A stretch of DNA of 64,000 nt from Patescibacteria group bacterium (GTDB lineage Bacteria; Patescibacteriota; Minisyncoccia; Portnoybacterales; GWB1-42-6), in NCBI GenBank assembly GCA_022709865.1, contig JAKLIA010000001.1:297273-361272 (forward strand), written 5' to 3'. The notes beneath the pieces are model-generated. The model was given only the letters and a program-made list of their open reading frames with translations. It was not told the DNA's origin and did not search any database. Shown here piece after piece: positions 28,940 through 37,440 of this stretch. Each line of letters starts with the position of its first letter. The stretch's first letter is position 1. A program made the position numbers and the translations under genes.

Positions 28940-28991
28940 ATCATAATTTGTTAGAATATAAAAAAGATATCAATAGTAATCTTAAAAATAT

Positions 28992-29258
28992 ATGGCTAAA
29001 CAAAGCTTTACCGCCGAAGAGGCCAAAGTTATAGGCGAGCAACTAGGGGTTGATTGGAGTAAGTTTGATATTGAGCAATTTAGAATGGGCATGGACGTAG
29101 AATTGGAACATGGCATGCGCGACGTTAAAACCAATGTTTCCAATGACGATGCGTTAACAACCGGCAAGATCGCGCTGGCGCATTTGAATGAGTTTGCTGA
29201 TTACTACACGAGGCTAGAGCGGATGGAAGAGGACGCCAAAGAGTTTTGGAGTAAATAA
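28992..29258 (+). CDS. small conserved hypothetical protein (DUF5661-like, MGMDVELEHG motif)
   Basis: 88-aa ORF with ELEHG motif recalled from a phage/bacterial DUF. Confidence 0.4.
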   Translation: MAKQSFTAEEAKVIGEQLGVDWSKFDIEQFRMGMDVELEHGMRDVKTNVSNDDALTTGKIALAHLNEFADYYTRLERMEEDAKEFWSK

Positions 29259-29272
29259 AAATATAAAAGAGC

Positions 29273-29830
29273 ATGAACTTAACTTTAATTTTAGGGCCGA
29301 TGAAAAGCGGCAAATCGTTTGACTTGATCAGCCGTTTTGCCCATTTAAAATATGCTAAAATACCTTTTGGCCTATTTAATTCGGCTAGAAATGTCCGCGA
29401 TAAACAAATCTTTTCCCGGAATGGTGGCTTGGAGCTTGAAGCCAGAAAGGTGGGGAGCCTAAGCGAAATAGATGCCAGCAAGTTTAAAATCATCGGTATC
29501 GACGAAGTGCATATGTTCGACGAAAGAGATTCTTTGGCGGTGGAGCGATTTTTGAGGCAAGGAGTAGATGTGGTGGCTTCGGGGCTGGACTTGGATTATC
29601 AAGGCAGGCTTTTTGGCATCATTGAAAGATTATTGGAATTGGGGCCGAAAGAAATAAGATATCGCCAAGCGGTTTGCGAGAAGTGCCAAAGCACGGAGGC
29701 GGTGTATACTCAAATATTCAAGGATGGCCAAGCAGTTTTAAGCGGTTTGCCGCCGGTAGTGCCGGAAGACGGGAGCTACGAATATAAGCCTCTTTGCCGA
29801 AGATGTTTTGTAAAAGATATAAAAGTTTAA
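29273..29830 (+). CDS. tdk: thymidine kinase
   Basis: P-loop GPMKSGKS, IGIDEVHMF, C-terminal CxxC...CxxC zinc ribbon. Confidence 0.85.
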   Translation: MNLTLILGPMKSGKSFDLISRFAHLKYAKIPFGLFNSARNVRDKQIFSRNGGLELEARKVGSLSEIDASKFKIIGIDEVHMFDERDSLAVERFLRQGVDVVASGLDLDYQGRLFGIIERLLELGPKEIRYRQAVCEKCQSTEAVYTQIFKDGQAVLSGLPPVVPEDGSYEYKPLCRRCFVKDIKV

Positions 29831-29839
29831 TTTAAACCT

Positions 29840-30715
29840 ATGAAAAAAAACCAGGCAATTCATCAACCAGCGAAAAGGATTGGTTTGGCTTTGGGCGGCG
29901 GCGGCGCCAAGGGCTTGGCGCATATTGGCGTGATCAAGGCTTTGGAGGAAGAAGGATTGATAATTGATTTTGTGGCCGGCACTAGCATGGGAGCCTTAGT
30001 TGGCGGCTGGTATGCGGCTAACCGCAATATTAAGTTTTTGGAAAATATTTTTTTGAAAATAGAAAAAGAAAATATTTTTTCTGAAGAAGAAGCCAAGCAG
30101 CAAGGCGGAAATCTTTTTCGCGGAAAAAACTTTGGCGAAATGCTGGAAAAGATCCTGGACGGCAAAACTTTTTCTCAATGCGAATTGCCGTTTTCGGCCG
30201 TGGCGACCAATATGGAAAACGGGCACGAGCTGGATATCAACGAAGGCGAATTAGCGGAAGCGATTAAAGCGAGCATTGCTTTGCCGATAGTCTTTCAGCC
30301 GGTTAAGCGCGACGGGCAGCTGTTGGTTGACGGGGCTTTTACAAATCCGGTGCCGGCAGACGTGGTGCGGGAAATGGGCGCGGAGTTTGTTATAGCGGTT
30401 GATGTTTCCAGCCGTTGGGTTAATATCCCCAACGACATGCTAAACCCTAAGGGCACCGATGCGTTGATCCGCGATGCTTTTACGGCGATAGAATATCAGC
30501 TGGCTAGAAAAACTTTAAAGCAGGCTGATGTAGTCATTCGGCCGGCGGTCTTAACCTATGATTGGCTTGATTTCTCTCGTGCCAAAGAAATTATCAAAGC
30601 CGGATACAGAGAAACAAAAAAACAGCTGGATGAGATCAGGGAAAAAGCCGGTTATCCCAAAAAAGACCCAGAAACCTTAGTCGATAAAATAGCGGATTTA
30701 TTGGAAGGAAATTAA
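29840..30715 (+). CDS. patatin-like phospholipase
   Basis: GGGGAKG oxyanion motif and GTSMG (GxSxG) nucleophile elbow; DGA-type catalytic Asp region (VDGAF). Confidence 0.8.
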   Translation: MKKNQAIHQPAKRIGLALGGGGAKGLAHIGVIKALEEEGLIIDFVAGTSMGALVGGWYAANRNIKFLENIFLKIEKENIFSEEEAKQQGGNLFRGKNFGEMLEKILDGKTFSQCELPFSAVATNMENGHELDINEGELAEAIKASIALPIVFQPVKRDGQLLVDGAFTNPVPADVVREMGAEFVIAVDVSSRWVNIPNDMLNPKGTDALIRDAFTAIEYQLARKTLKQADVVIRPAVLTYDWLDFSRAKEIIKAGYRETKKQLDEIREKAGYPKKDPETLVDKIADLLEGN

Positions 30716-30732
30716 TATTAGTGCAGATCTTA

Positions 30733-31050
30733 ATGATAAATTACGATGATTTTAAAAAAATAGAATTACGGGTGGCCAAGATTCTGGCAGCGGAAAAAGT
30801 TGAGGGGTCAGAAAAGTTGTTGAAGCTGCAGATAGACCTGGGCAGCGAACAGAGGCAGCTGGTTTCGGGCATCGCCAAAAGCTATGCGCCGGAAGATTTG
30901 ATCGGCAAAGAAATAATTATTGTGGCCAACCTTGAACCGCGCCAGATCATGGGGCTGGAGAGCCAAGGGATGCTTTTGGCCGCCGACCACCAAAGCCCGG
31001 TATTGCTTTCCGTGGACAAAGAATTGCCTCCGGGCATGGAGGTTTGCTAA
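30733..31050 (+). CDS. tRNA-binding domain protein (CsaA/Trbp111-like OB fold)
   Basis: ELRVAKIL...EKLLKLQIDLG...VSGI...ANL.PR motif pattern of the MetRS-C/EMAP tRNA-binding domain; track ORF begins at GTG 30721, first ATG at 30733. Confidence 0.7.
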   Translation: MINYDDFKKIELRVAKILAAEKVEGSEKLLKLQIDLGSEQRQLVSGIAKSYAPEDLIGKEIIIVANLEPRQIMGLESQGMLLAADHQSPVLLSVDKELPPGMEVC

Positions 31051-31054
31051 AAAT

Positions 31055-31774
31055 ATGACCGCACCGGAAGTTATAAAAAAATTAAAACAGAAAAGCAGCG
31101 CTAAAAATATTGCCGGGGCGAAACGATTTGGCATTTTTTCTAAAAATATTTTAGGTGCGCCCAAAATCGTTTTAGATAATCTGGTTAGAGAGATAGGGAA
31201 AGACTCCTCCTTCGCCAAGGCTCCGGAGGGCAAGCATAAATTGGCGCTAGCGCTTTGGGAAAGCGGAGTTTATGAGGCAAGGATTTTGGCTGGGCTCATA
31301 GATAAACCCGAATGGATAGTATCTAAACAAATGGACACTTGGACGCGTGATTTTGACTCTTGGGCTGTTTGCGACTCAACCTGCATGCATCTTTTTTCCA
31401 AGGCCAAACTTTCCCATAAAAAGGTTTGGCAGTATGCCCGCGCCAAGGAAGAATATGTTAGGCGCACTGCTTTTGCTTTAATGGCAACTTTAGCGGTCCA
31501 TGATAAGCAGTCGCCGGATAAGGCTTTTTTAGATTTTTTCCCGTTAATCAAAAAATACGCCACGGACGAACGCAATTTTGTGCGGAAAGCGGTTAATTGG
31601 GCGCTGCGCCAGATCGGCAAGCGGAACCTAGCTTTGAATAAAGAAGCTATCAAATTAGCTGAAGAAATATCTAAAATTGATTCTAAGTCCGCTAAATGGA
31701 TTGCGGCCGACGCCTTGCGTGAATTGCGAGGCGAAGCAGTGCAGCAACGCCTAAAAAAACAGAAAAAAAGATGA
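31055..31774 (+). CDS. DNA alkylation repair protein (AlkD-like HEAT-repeat glycosylase)
   Basis: VRKAVNWALRQIGKRN and overall helical-repeat pattern; start set to ATG 31055 right after the upstream stop (track ORF from 30920 overlaps the upstream gene out of frame). Confidence 0.6.
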   Translation: MTAPEVIKKLKQKSSAKNIAGAKRFGIFSKNILGAPKIVLDNLVREIGKDSSFAKAPEGKHKLALALWESGVYEARILAGLIDKPEWIVSKQMDTWTRDFDSWAVCDSTCMHLFSKAKLSHKKVWQYARAKEEYVRRTAFALMATLAVHDKQSPDKAFLDFFPLIKKYATDERNFVRKAVNWALRQIGKRNLALNKEAIKLAEEISKIDSKSAKWIAADALRELRGEAVQQRLKKQKKR

Positions 31775-32373
31775 AATATGAGCTGCCAAAATTAAATTAT
31801 ACTTTCAATGCCTTGGAGCCAAGTTTTGATGCGCTGACAATGGAAATCCATTATGGCAAGCATCATCAGGCCTATATTAATAAATTAAATGAGGCTTTGA
31901 AGGATTATCCGGTTGAGCAAAATAAAAGCTTGGAAGAACTTCTGGTTTCTTTGGACAGCGTGCCGGAAAAAATTCGCCTGGCGGTTAAAAATAATGGCGG
32001 TGGCCATTTTAACCATTCTTTTTTTTGGCGAGTGCTCGCGCCAACCAGCGGACAAGTTAAAGGCGAATTAGCTCGGGCTATCAATAAAAAATACGGCGAT
32101 TTTAATAGTTTTAAGGAATTATTCACCCAGGCGGCTGCAACTTTTTTTGGCAGCGGCTGGGTATGGCTGGTTGTGAATAATAATGAGCTAGAAATTATCT
32201 CTTTGCCAAATCAAGATTGTCCAATTAGCCAAAACCAACAGCCAATCTTAGCTATTGACCTTTGGGAGCACGCTTACTATCTTAAATATCAAAATCGCCG
32301 CGCCGAATATATTGAAGCTTGGTGGCGTGTTATAAATTGGGACGAAGCGGAGAAAAATTATAAAAATATTTAA
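31771..32373 (+). CDS. sodA: Fe/Mn superoxide dismutase
   Basis: HYGKHHQAY and DLWEHAYYLKYQNRR metal-binding motifs. Confidence 0.9.
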   Translation: MKYELPKLNYTFNALEPSFDALTMEIHYGKHHQAYINKLNEALKDYPVEQNKSLEELLVSLDSVPEKIRLAVKNNGGGHFNHSFFWRVLAPTSGQVKGELARAINKKYGDFNSFKELFTQAAATFFGSGWVWLVVNNNELEIISLPNQDCPISQNQQPILAIDLWEHAYYLKYQNRRAEYIEAWWRVINWDEAEKNYKNI

Positions 32374-32374
32374 A

Positions 32375-32599
32375 ATGAAAATATTCGTTAAAGCTAAGCC
32401 AGATGGCTGCGAAGATAAAGTAGAGAGAAAAGACGATACGCATTTTATCGTGGAGACGCGAGAGCCGCCGGTGAATAACCGGGCTAATTTGGCAATAAAA
32501 AATCTGTTGGCGCGATATTTTAAAATTGAGGCGTCAAAAGTGAGAATGATAAAAGGATTTAAAGAGAGCAGCAAGCTATTTGAGATAGGGGAAAAATAA
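32375..32599 (+). CDS. DUF167 (YggU-like) small protein
   Basis: 74-aa ORF with typical DUF167 length and pattern. Confidence 0.5.
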   Translation: MKIFVKAKPDGCEDKVERKDDTHFIVETREPPVNNRANLAIKNLLARYFKIEASKVRMIKGFKESSKLFEIGEK

Positions 32600-32602
32600 A
32601 TT

Positions 32603-33631
32603 ATGGATTTTGATAAAATAAATAAACTTTTAATCGGAGAGCCGGCTTTCCGCGTCCAGCAGGTCGCTCGGCATATTTGGCGTGATTTGATAGAAGATTG
32701 GAGCGGGGCAACAACTTTGTCAAAAGAATTGAGGGCAAAATTAGCTGAGGGATGCTCTTTGGAAATTAAGGCGGAAGTTTTTCCGGATAAAGATGGCCCG
32801 TCCGCCACGGCTTCGCCGGAGGTGCGCCGGGCGGGGCGTTCAGCTAAAGCTTTAATAACATTAGAAGACGGTTTAAGTGTGGAAACTGTTTTAATGAGGC
32901 ATGACGGCAGAAATACCGTTTGCGTTTCATCGCAAATAGGCTGCCCTTTGGGCTGTAGTTTCTGTGCTACCGGCCAGATGGGGTTTAAAAGAAATCTGTC
33001 CACCGGCGAAATTGAGGAGCAAGTTTTGTTTTGGGCGCGATATTTAAAAAAAGAAGGCGAAAGATTGTCCAATATGGTTTTTATGGGCATGGGCGAGCCG
33101 TTCTTGAATTATGATAATGTTTTTGCGGCTATCAAGGCTTTAAATGACGACAATCTTTTGGGCATTGGCGCCCGCCATATTTCTATCTCGACTGCTGGCG
33201 TTATTGAAGGAATGGAGCGGATGGCTGAAGATATGCCCCAAATCAATTTGGCGATTTCCTTGCATGCGCCTAATGATGAATTGCGGCAGAAGCTAATGCC
33301 AATCGCCAAGAAGTATCCGTTGGCGAACCTGATGGCGGCCGCGGAAGATTACGTAGGGCGAACCAATCGCAAGCTGATGTTTGAATATATAATGATAAAA
33401 GGGGTTAATGATTCGGATGAACACGCTAAGGAATTGGCCAAACTTTTAAGTAAGCGCTTATTTTTCGTGAACTTAATCGCCTATAATCAAACCGGAGATT
33501 TCGTTCCGTCCAGCCCTGCTCAAATTAAAAGATTTAAGGATATTTTAATGAAAGGCGGGGTGCAGGCTTTGGAGCGATATCGCTTTGGGCAAGATATTAA
33601 AGGGGCTTGCGGGCAATTAGCCGGCAAATAG
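32603..33631 (+). CDS. rlmN: radical SAM 23S rRNA/tRNA adenine-C2 methyltransferase RlmN
   Basis: CVSSQIGCPLGCSFCATG radical SAM cluster motif and RlmN-type N-terminal domain. Confidence 0.85.
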   Translation: MDFDKINKLLIGEPAFRVQQVARHIWRDLIEDWSGATTLSKELRAKLAEGCSLEIKAEVFPDKDGPSATASPEVRRAGRSAKALITLEDGLSVETVLMRHDGRNTVCVSSQIGCPLGCSFCATGQMGFKRNLSTGEIEEQVLFWARYLKKEGERLSNMVFMGMGEPFLNYDNVFAAIKALNDDNLLGIGARHISISTAGVIEGMERMAEDMPQINLAISLHAPNDELRQKLMPIAKKYPLANLMAAAEDYVGRTNRKLMFEYIMIKGVNDSDEHAKELAKLLSKRLFFVNLIAYNQTGDFVPSSPAQIKRFKDILMKGGVQALERYRFGQDIKGACGQLAGK

Positions 33632-33748
33632 ACCTAAAAACTTTTTTCTTGTTTTTGGCTTGTTTAACGCCTTGCCCCTTGCGCTTATTCGGGGTTTGTG
33701 CTAAATTAAGGGCATTAAGCAAGTAATAATAAGTAAGCTAATAAACTT

Positions 33749-33913
33749 ATGGCTGAAGCTTATTGTGTCAAGTGCAAAGCCAAAAGAGAAATGAATGACG
33801 CCAAAGAAGTTGCCATGAAGGGCAAGGGTGGCGTTGAGCGCCGCGCAATGACGGGTATTTGCCCGACTTGTGGCACCAAGATGTTCAAAATCTTGGGCGC
33901 GAAGAAAGACTAA
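33749..33913 (+). CDS. unlisted 54-aa zinc-ribbon protein (C-x2-C ... C-x2-C)
   Basis: ATG 33749 to TAA 33913 gives MAEAYCVKCKAKREMNDAKEVAMKGKGGVERRAMTGICPTCGTKMFKILGAKKD; followed by a clean terminator; below the ORF-track size cut-off. Confidence 0.55.
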   Translation: MAEAYCVKCKAKREMNDAKEVAMKGKGGVERRAMTGICPTCGTKMFKILGAKKD

Positions 33914-33940
33914 TCTCTTTTGTAATTGCAAACTCAAAGC

Positions 33941-33966
33941 AAAAACCCGCTTAGGCGGGTTTTTGC
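33941..33966 (+). terminator. rho-independent terminator
   Basis: aaaaacccgcttaggcgggtttttg. Confidence 0.75.
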
Positions 33967-34047
33967 TTTGTTTATGAAGGATATTGTTGGCAAGAATAAC
34001 CAGGAGTATACTAGATGTAGGTTCAGTATTTTTAATAAAACAAACAT

Positions 34048-34689
34048 ATGAAGCTTTATGATAAAAAAGAGTTTTTGCCGATTATCTTAATCGTTATGCT
34101 GGCGATGGTCGGCGCGTATTTATATCCGCAGTTGCCGGAGCTTGTGCCTAGCCATTGGGGGATTAACGGCGAGGTTAATGGTTGGACGGGCCGGACCTTT
34201 GCGGTAATTTTCTTTCCGTCCTTGATCTTGGGAATCTATTTGTTGATGAGTTTTTTCCCTTTAATGGACCCGCATAAGTCCAATATCGAATCTTTCGCCA
34301 AATGGTATTTTGGGTTGAAAATAGCCTTGGTGGTTTTTCTGGGGGCGCTTTATTTGCTGACGCTTTATGCTGCCTTGGGTTATGAGGTTAATGTGGCTCG
34401 CTTTGTTGTCTTGGGTTTGGCGGCGCTATTTGCTTTTCTCGGCTTGGCCCTGCCGAATATCAAAAAGAATTATATGATAGGCATCCGTTTACCCTGGACC
34501 TTGCATTCAGAAATTATTTGGGAGAAAACCCATAAGTTTGGCGGCCGGCTATTTTTGGCTTTGGCGGCGATCATTGCCGTGGCAGCTTTTTTGCCGGGCG
34601 CTTGGACATTCGGCATCTTAATGACCGGCATAGTTTTGCTGTTGGCTCTTTTGACCTTATATTCATATTGGGAATATAAAAAATTGTAG
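34048..34689 (+). CDS. SdpI/YhfL-family membrane protein with DUF1648
   Basis: PSHWGINGEVNGW (DUF1648) and NYMIGIRLPWTL (SdpI) motifs, 4-6 TM. Confidence 0.6.
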   Translation: MKLYDKKEFLPIILIVMLAMVGAYLYPQLPELVPSHWGINGEVNGWTGRTFAVIFFPSLILGIYLLMSFFPLMDPHKSNIESFAKWYFGLKIALVVFLGALYLLTLYAALGYEVNVARFVVLGLAALFAFLGLALPNIKKNYMIGIRLPWTLHSEIIWEKTHKFGGRLFLALAAIIAVAAFLPGAWTFGILMTGIVLLLALLTLYSYWEYKKL

Positions 34690-34813
34690 ACAAGGAGATA
34701 TTAAAAAAGCTTAAAGGCATCCTTATGAAAATAGCGGGGATGTTTTTTGTTGGGAAGTATAGTTGACAATATTAGGATATATATGTTATTGTATAACAGT
34801 TAATATTTACCAT

Positions 34814-35440
34814 ATGAAAGAAGGTAATTTCGAAAAATTAGTAGAAAATCGTTATTTTGGGCCGGAATACGAGTTTGACCTATTGGGTGAAATAAAGACC
34901 GAAGACTCGGCATATAAAAAAGAGCTGGCTATGCTTCAAGAAAAAGCCAAGGCGCGGGGTTATCAACCAAAACAAGCAAACTCTTTGCCATTTCGGGAAG
35001 CGGTGGAATTAACTAAAAAGTTCCAGCCGGGCGACCCAACCAATCCCCAAAAAGATTTTGCGCGAGAAATGAGGTTGGCTTTAGCTGAAAGGCTGGGCTT
35101 AGAAAGCGATGCGGAGATGAATCGGTTGAAGTTCTATACTTCGGTTGGCGGGCCGCTGGACGCGCACGGCATTGATGGATTTTTTGTTTTTTCATATGTG
35201 GACAAAGAGGGCAGGACGAAAGAGTGCGCGGTTTCTTTTGATGTAACGAAAAATCCCAACAAAGACGAAGCGGCCAAAGCCGATCTGCTGATTGGCGGAG
35301 ACGTGCCCGATCCCAGCGATGCGGATTTTAGCGAAGATGAATATTTGAAAAAAATAGAAGAATACGCAAAAAGAGGTTCTGCGATTTTTCAGGAAAAAAT
35401 GCAGCGGGGAGAGACGGGATTAGGGGGATATCTTCATTAG
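34814..35440 (+). CDS. hypothetical protein
   Basis: ORF with start reset to MKEGNFEKL (ATG 34814) downstream of a TTGACA-containing AT-rich promoter-like region. Confidence 0.4.
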   Translation: MKEGNFEKLVENRYFGPEYEFDLLGEIKTEDSAYKKELAMLQEKAKARGYQPKQANSLPFREAVELTKKFQPGDPTNPQKDFAREMRLALAERLGLESDAEMNRLKFYTSVGGPLDAHGIDGFFVFSYVDKEGRTKECAVSFDVTKNPNKDEAAKADLLIGGDVPDPSDADFSEDEYLKKIEEYAKRGSAIFQEKMQRGETGLGGYLH

Positions 35441-35450
35441 CTATTTAGTG

Positions 35451-35492
35451 GTTGCTAAAGTTAGATTTTATTAGAAGTTTAACTTTAGCAAC
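35451..35492. repeat. perfect 13-bp inverted repeat (stem-loop) 10 nt after the stop codon
   Basis: gttgctaaagtta N16 taactttagcaac; no T-tract. Confidence 0.6.
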
Positions 35493-35527
35493 CAAAAAAG
35501 TTCTTTTAAGAAAGAGAGGAATAAAAA

Positions 35528-35920
35528 ATGAGCCAAGGAATTGAGGGAATTGGAAAATGCATTCTTTGTGGCGTTGTTGGCCAAGGAGAAAAAGATTTTA
35601 TCTGCAAGCTATGCGGAAGTCCCGAGAAAGTTATGGTGTGCTGCAGCGATTGCGGCGCGCGCGTAGATATCACGAAAATGGATCCGGAGCAAAGGAAAAG
35701 CTATTTAAGCTTTTACTTCTCTGACGAGGAGTTGGGGGGTCTGGGTGCGATTCAAGAAGTTTTGCAGGGTTTGCCAGGGTTTACGATTTTTGTTTCTATG
35801 TGCCAAAGTTGCGTTAATTCAGAGAGGGTTCCTTCCAGGAAGCCCCAGATATACAAGATCCGTTATCCTCAAATCCATGATTCTGCCGCCGATAACAAAA
35901 GAAAGCGGCTCGGCCATTAA
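35528..35920 (+). CDS. Cys-rich (multi C-x2-C) hypothetical protein
   Basis: 130 aa; CILCG, CKLCG, CCSDCG, CQSC motifs; preceded by GGAGG-like SD (agagagga). Confidence 0.4.
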   Translation: MSQGIEGIGKCILCGVVGQGEKDFICKLCGSPEKVMVCCSDCGARVDITKMDPEQRKSYLSFYFSDEELGGLGAIQEVLQGLPGFTIFVSMCQSCVNSERVPSRKPQIYKIRYPQIHDSAADNKRKRLGH

Positions 35921-35946
35921 GCTGACCGAAGTTTTAGCTGGCATTA

Positions 35947-35980
35947 TGCCCGGTTTTAATCAAGAACCGGGCTTTTATTT
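35947..35980 (+). terminator. rho-independent terminator
   Basis: gcccggttttaatcaagaaccgggc + ttttatttt. Confidence 0.7.
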
Positions 35981-36054
35981 TAGCTATAAAAAGCTTAATT
36001 TATAGAGGTTAATCAAGGTATATTTTACCCTATTATATAGGGCTATCTTTTAGG

Positions 36055-36190
36055 GCTTGCCCCTCACATGGAAAGAAACTTTAACAAGAATCTTTTTATT
36101 AACCTTTCGACTTTTCCTCTATTTTTTATAAGATTTAACCTATTGAAATGTTAATGGCGGCTATGCCGCATTTCTTTCCATGTGAGGGGC
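36055..36190. repeat. perfect 20-bp inverted repeat flanking a 96-nt AT-rich spacer (MITE-like or large hairpin)
   Basis: gcccctcacatggaaagaaa ... tttctttccatgtgaggggc. Confidence 0.6.
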
Positions 36191-36316
36191 TTGACAGTCT
36201 TCTATTTTCTGATAAACTGAATAGCGTAATAAATAACGTCGCTTATAGATGTATAAAACGCAACTATATCTAAGAAAAAGAAGCGGGTAACATGCCTCTG
36301 TTTTTGTGGTTGCGGC

Positions 36317-36342
36317 ACCGCTTCGAAAGAGCGGTTTTTTTG
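36317..36342 (+). terminator. terminator-like hairpin + T-run inside the 23S upstream region
   Basis: accgct tcgaaag agcggt ttttttt. Confidence 0.4.
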
Positions 36343-36827
36343 TTGCTTGGCGGGAAATATTTAAAAATTGTTTTTCAATAATTGTTGGTCAGGCCGATAA
36401 TTATTGGGACGCAAAAAGATTTAAAAGATTGAACCGGTTAGCATTTTGACAACTGAATATCGTAGGTATCCGTTTATCTCGCGATTCCATTTTGATGGAA
36501 CGCGTGTAAATTGATTGAAGTAAGAATTGTAAGAATACGTTTAGTGGTTACAATAAATTAGTTTATTGTCTTTTGCTTTGTGCCAATTTTTTGGCAGAAG
36601 GCGGAGCAAGACCTAAGGGCGTATGGTGGATGCCTTGGGATGTTGAAGCGATGAAGGTCGTGGCGTGACTGCGATAAGCCTCGGGGAGCTGTCTAGCGAG
36701 CTTTGATCCGGGGATGACCGAATGAGGAAACTCTATTGCGTAAACCGCAATAACTTAACGATGTAAGTCGTTAGGAGCAAACCCGCTGAAGTAAAACATT
36801 TCAGTAAGCGGAGGAAGAGAAAAAAAA

Positions 36828-36882
36828 TAACCACTGATTAACACTGATCTATTTTTTATGGGTCCGTGTTTATCTGTGGTTA
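36828..36882 (+). repeat. ~55-nt hairpin-forming insertion in 23S, copy 1
   Basis: ccactgattaacactgatctattttttatgggtccgtgtttatctgtggtt; ~90% identical to copy 2. Confidence 0.6.
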
Positions 36883-37163
36883 CCATTCCCCTAGTAGCGG
36901 CGAGCGAAAAGGGAACAGCCTAAACCGTTTTTAGACGCTTGCGTTTAGAAGCGGTGTTGCAAGATAGCGATGTTCAATTTATTGAAGAGAGAATTATGGA
37001 GTTGTTAGCAGAAGCCGTATGGAAAAACGGCGCCAAAGAGGGTAATAGCCCCGTAAGCGAAAATAATTTCATACTCTTTATCGTTACTCTTAAGTACGAC
37101 GGGGAACGAAGGCCCCGTCGGAATCCGGCAGGACTAGACTGCCAAGGCTAAATATTCAACATC

Positions 37164-37202
<39 letters not shown>

Positions 37203-37385
37203 CAGCCCGTTGAGGGCGGTGAAATAGACCTGAAACCATATGCTTACAAAGAGTTGGAGTCCGGCGCCGCAAGGCGGATGGATGACAGCGTGCTTTTTGC
37301 AGAACGATCCAACGAGTTTATTTATATTACTTGTCTAAGTCCTTCGGGACGGAGGCGTAGGGAAACCGAGTGTTAATAGCGCGAT

Positions 37386-37440
37386 ATACCACTGATAAAC
37401 ATTGACCTATTTTTAATGGGTCCGTGTTTATCTGTGGTTT
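37386..37440 (+). repeat. ~55-nt hairpin-forming insertion in 23S, copy 2
   Basis: ccactgataaacattgacctatttttaatgggtccgtgtttatctgtggtt; sits where E. coli 23S has a short helix. Confidence 0.6.

Noticed and set aside
30920-31054. 5' extension of the 284-aa ORF starting at 30920
   Set aside because: It overlaps the CsaA-like gene out of frame. The conserved AlkD-like sequence begins at ATG 31055 right after the upstream stop.
33701-33937. 78-aa - strand ORF
   Set aside because: It is antisense to a better-supported 54-aa zinc-ribbon ORF that has its own terminator, and it has low-complexity composition.
36191-36470. Assigning definite -35/-10 rRNA promoters P1/P2 at the two TTGACA boxes
   Set aside because: The -10 hexamers at canonical spacing are poor (aaactg / tccgtt). 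I report only the repeated 14-nt motif as an observation, not as promoters.
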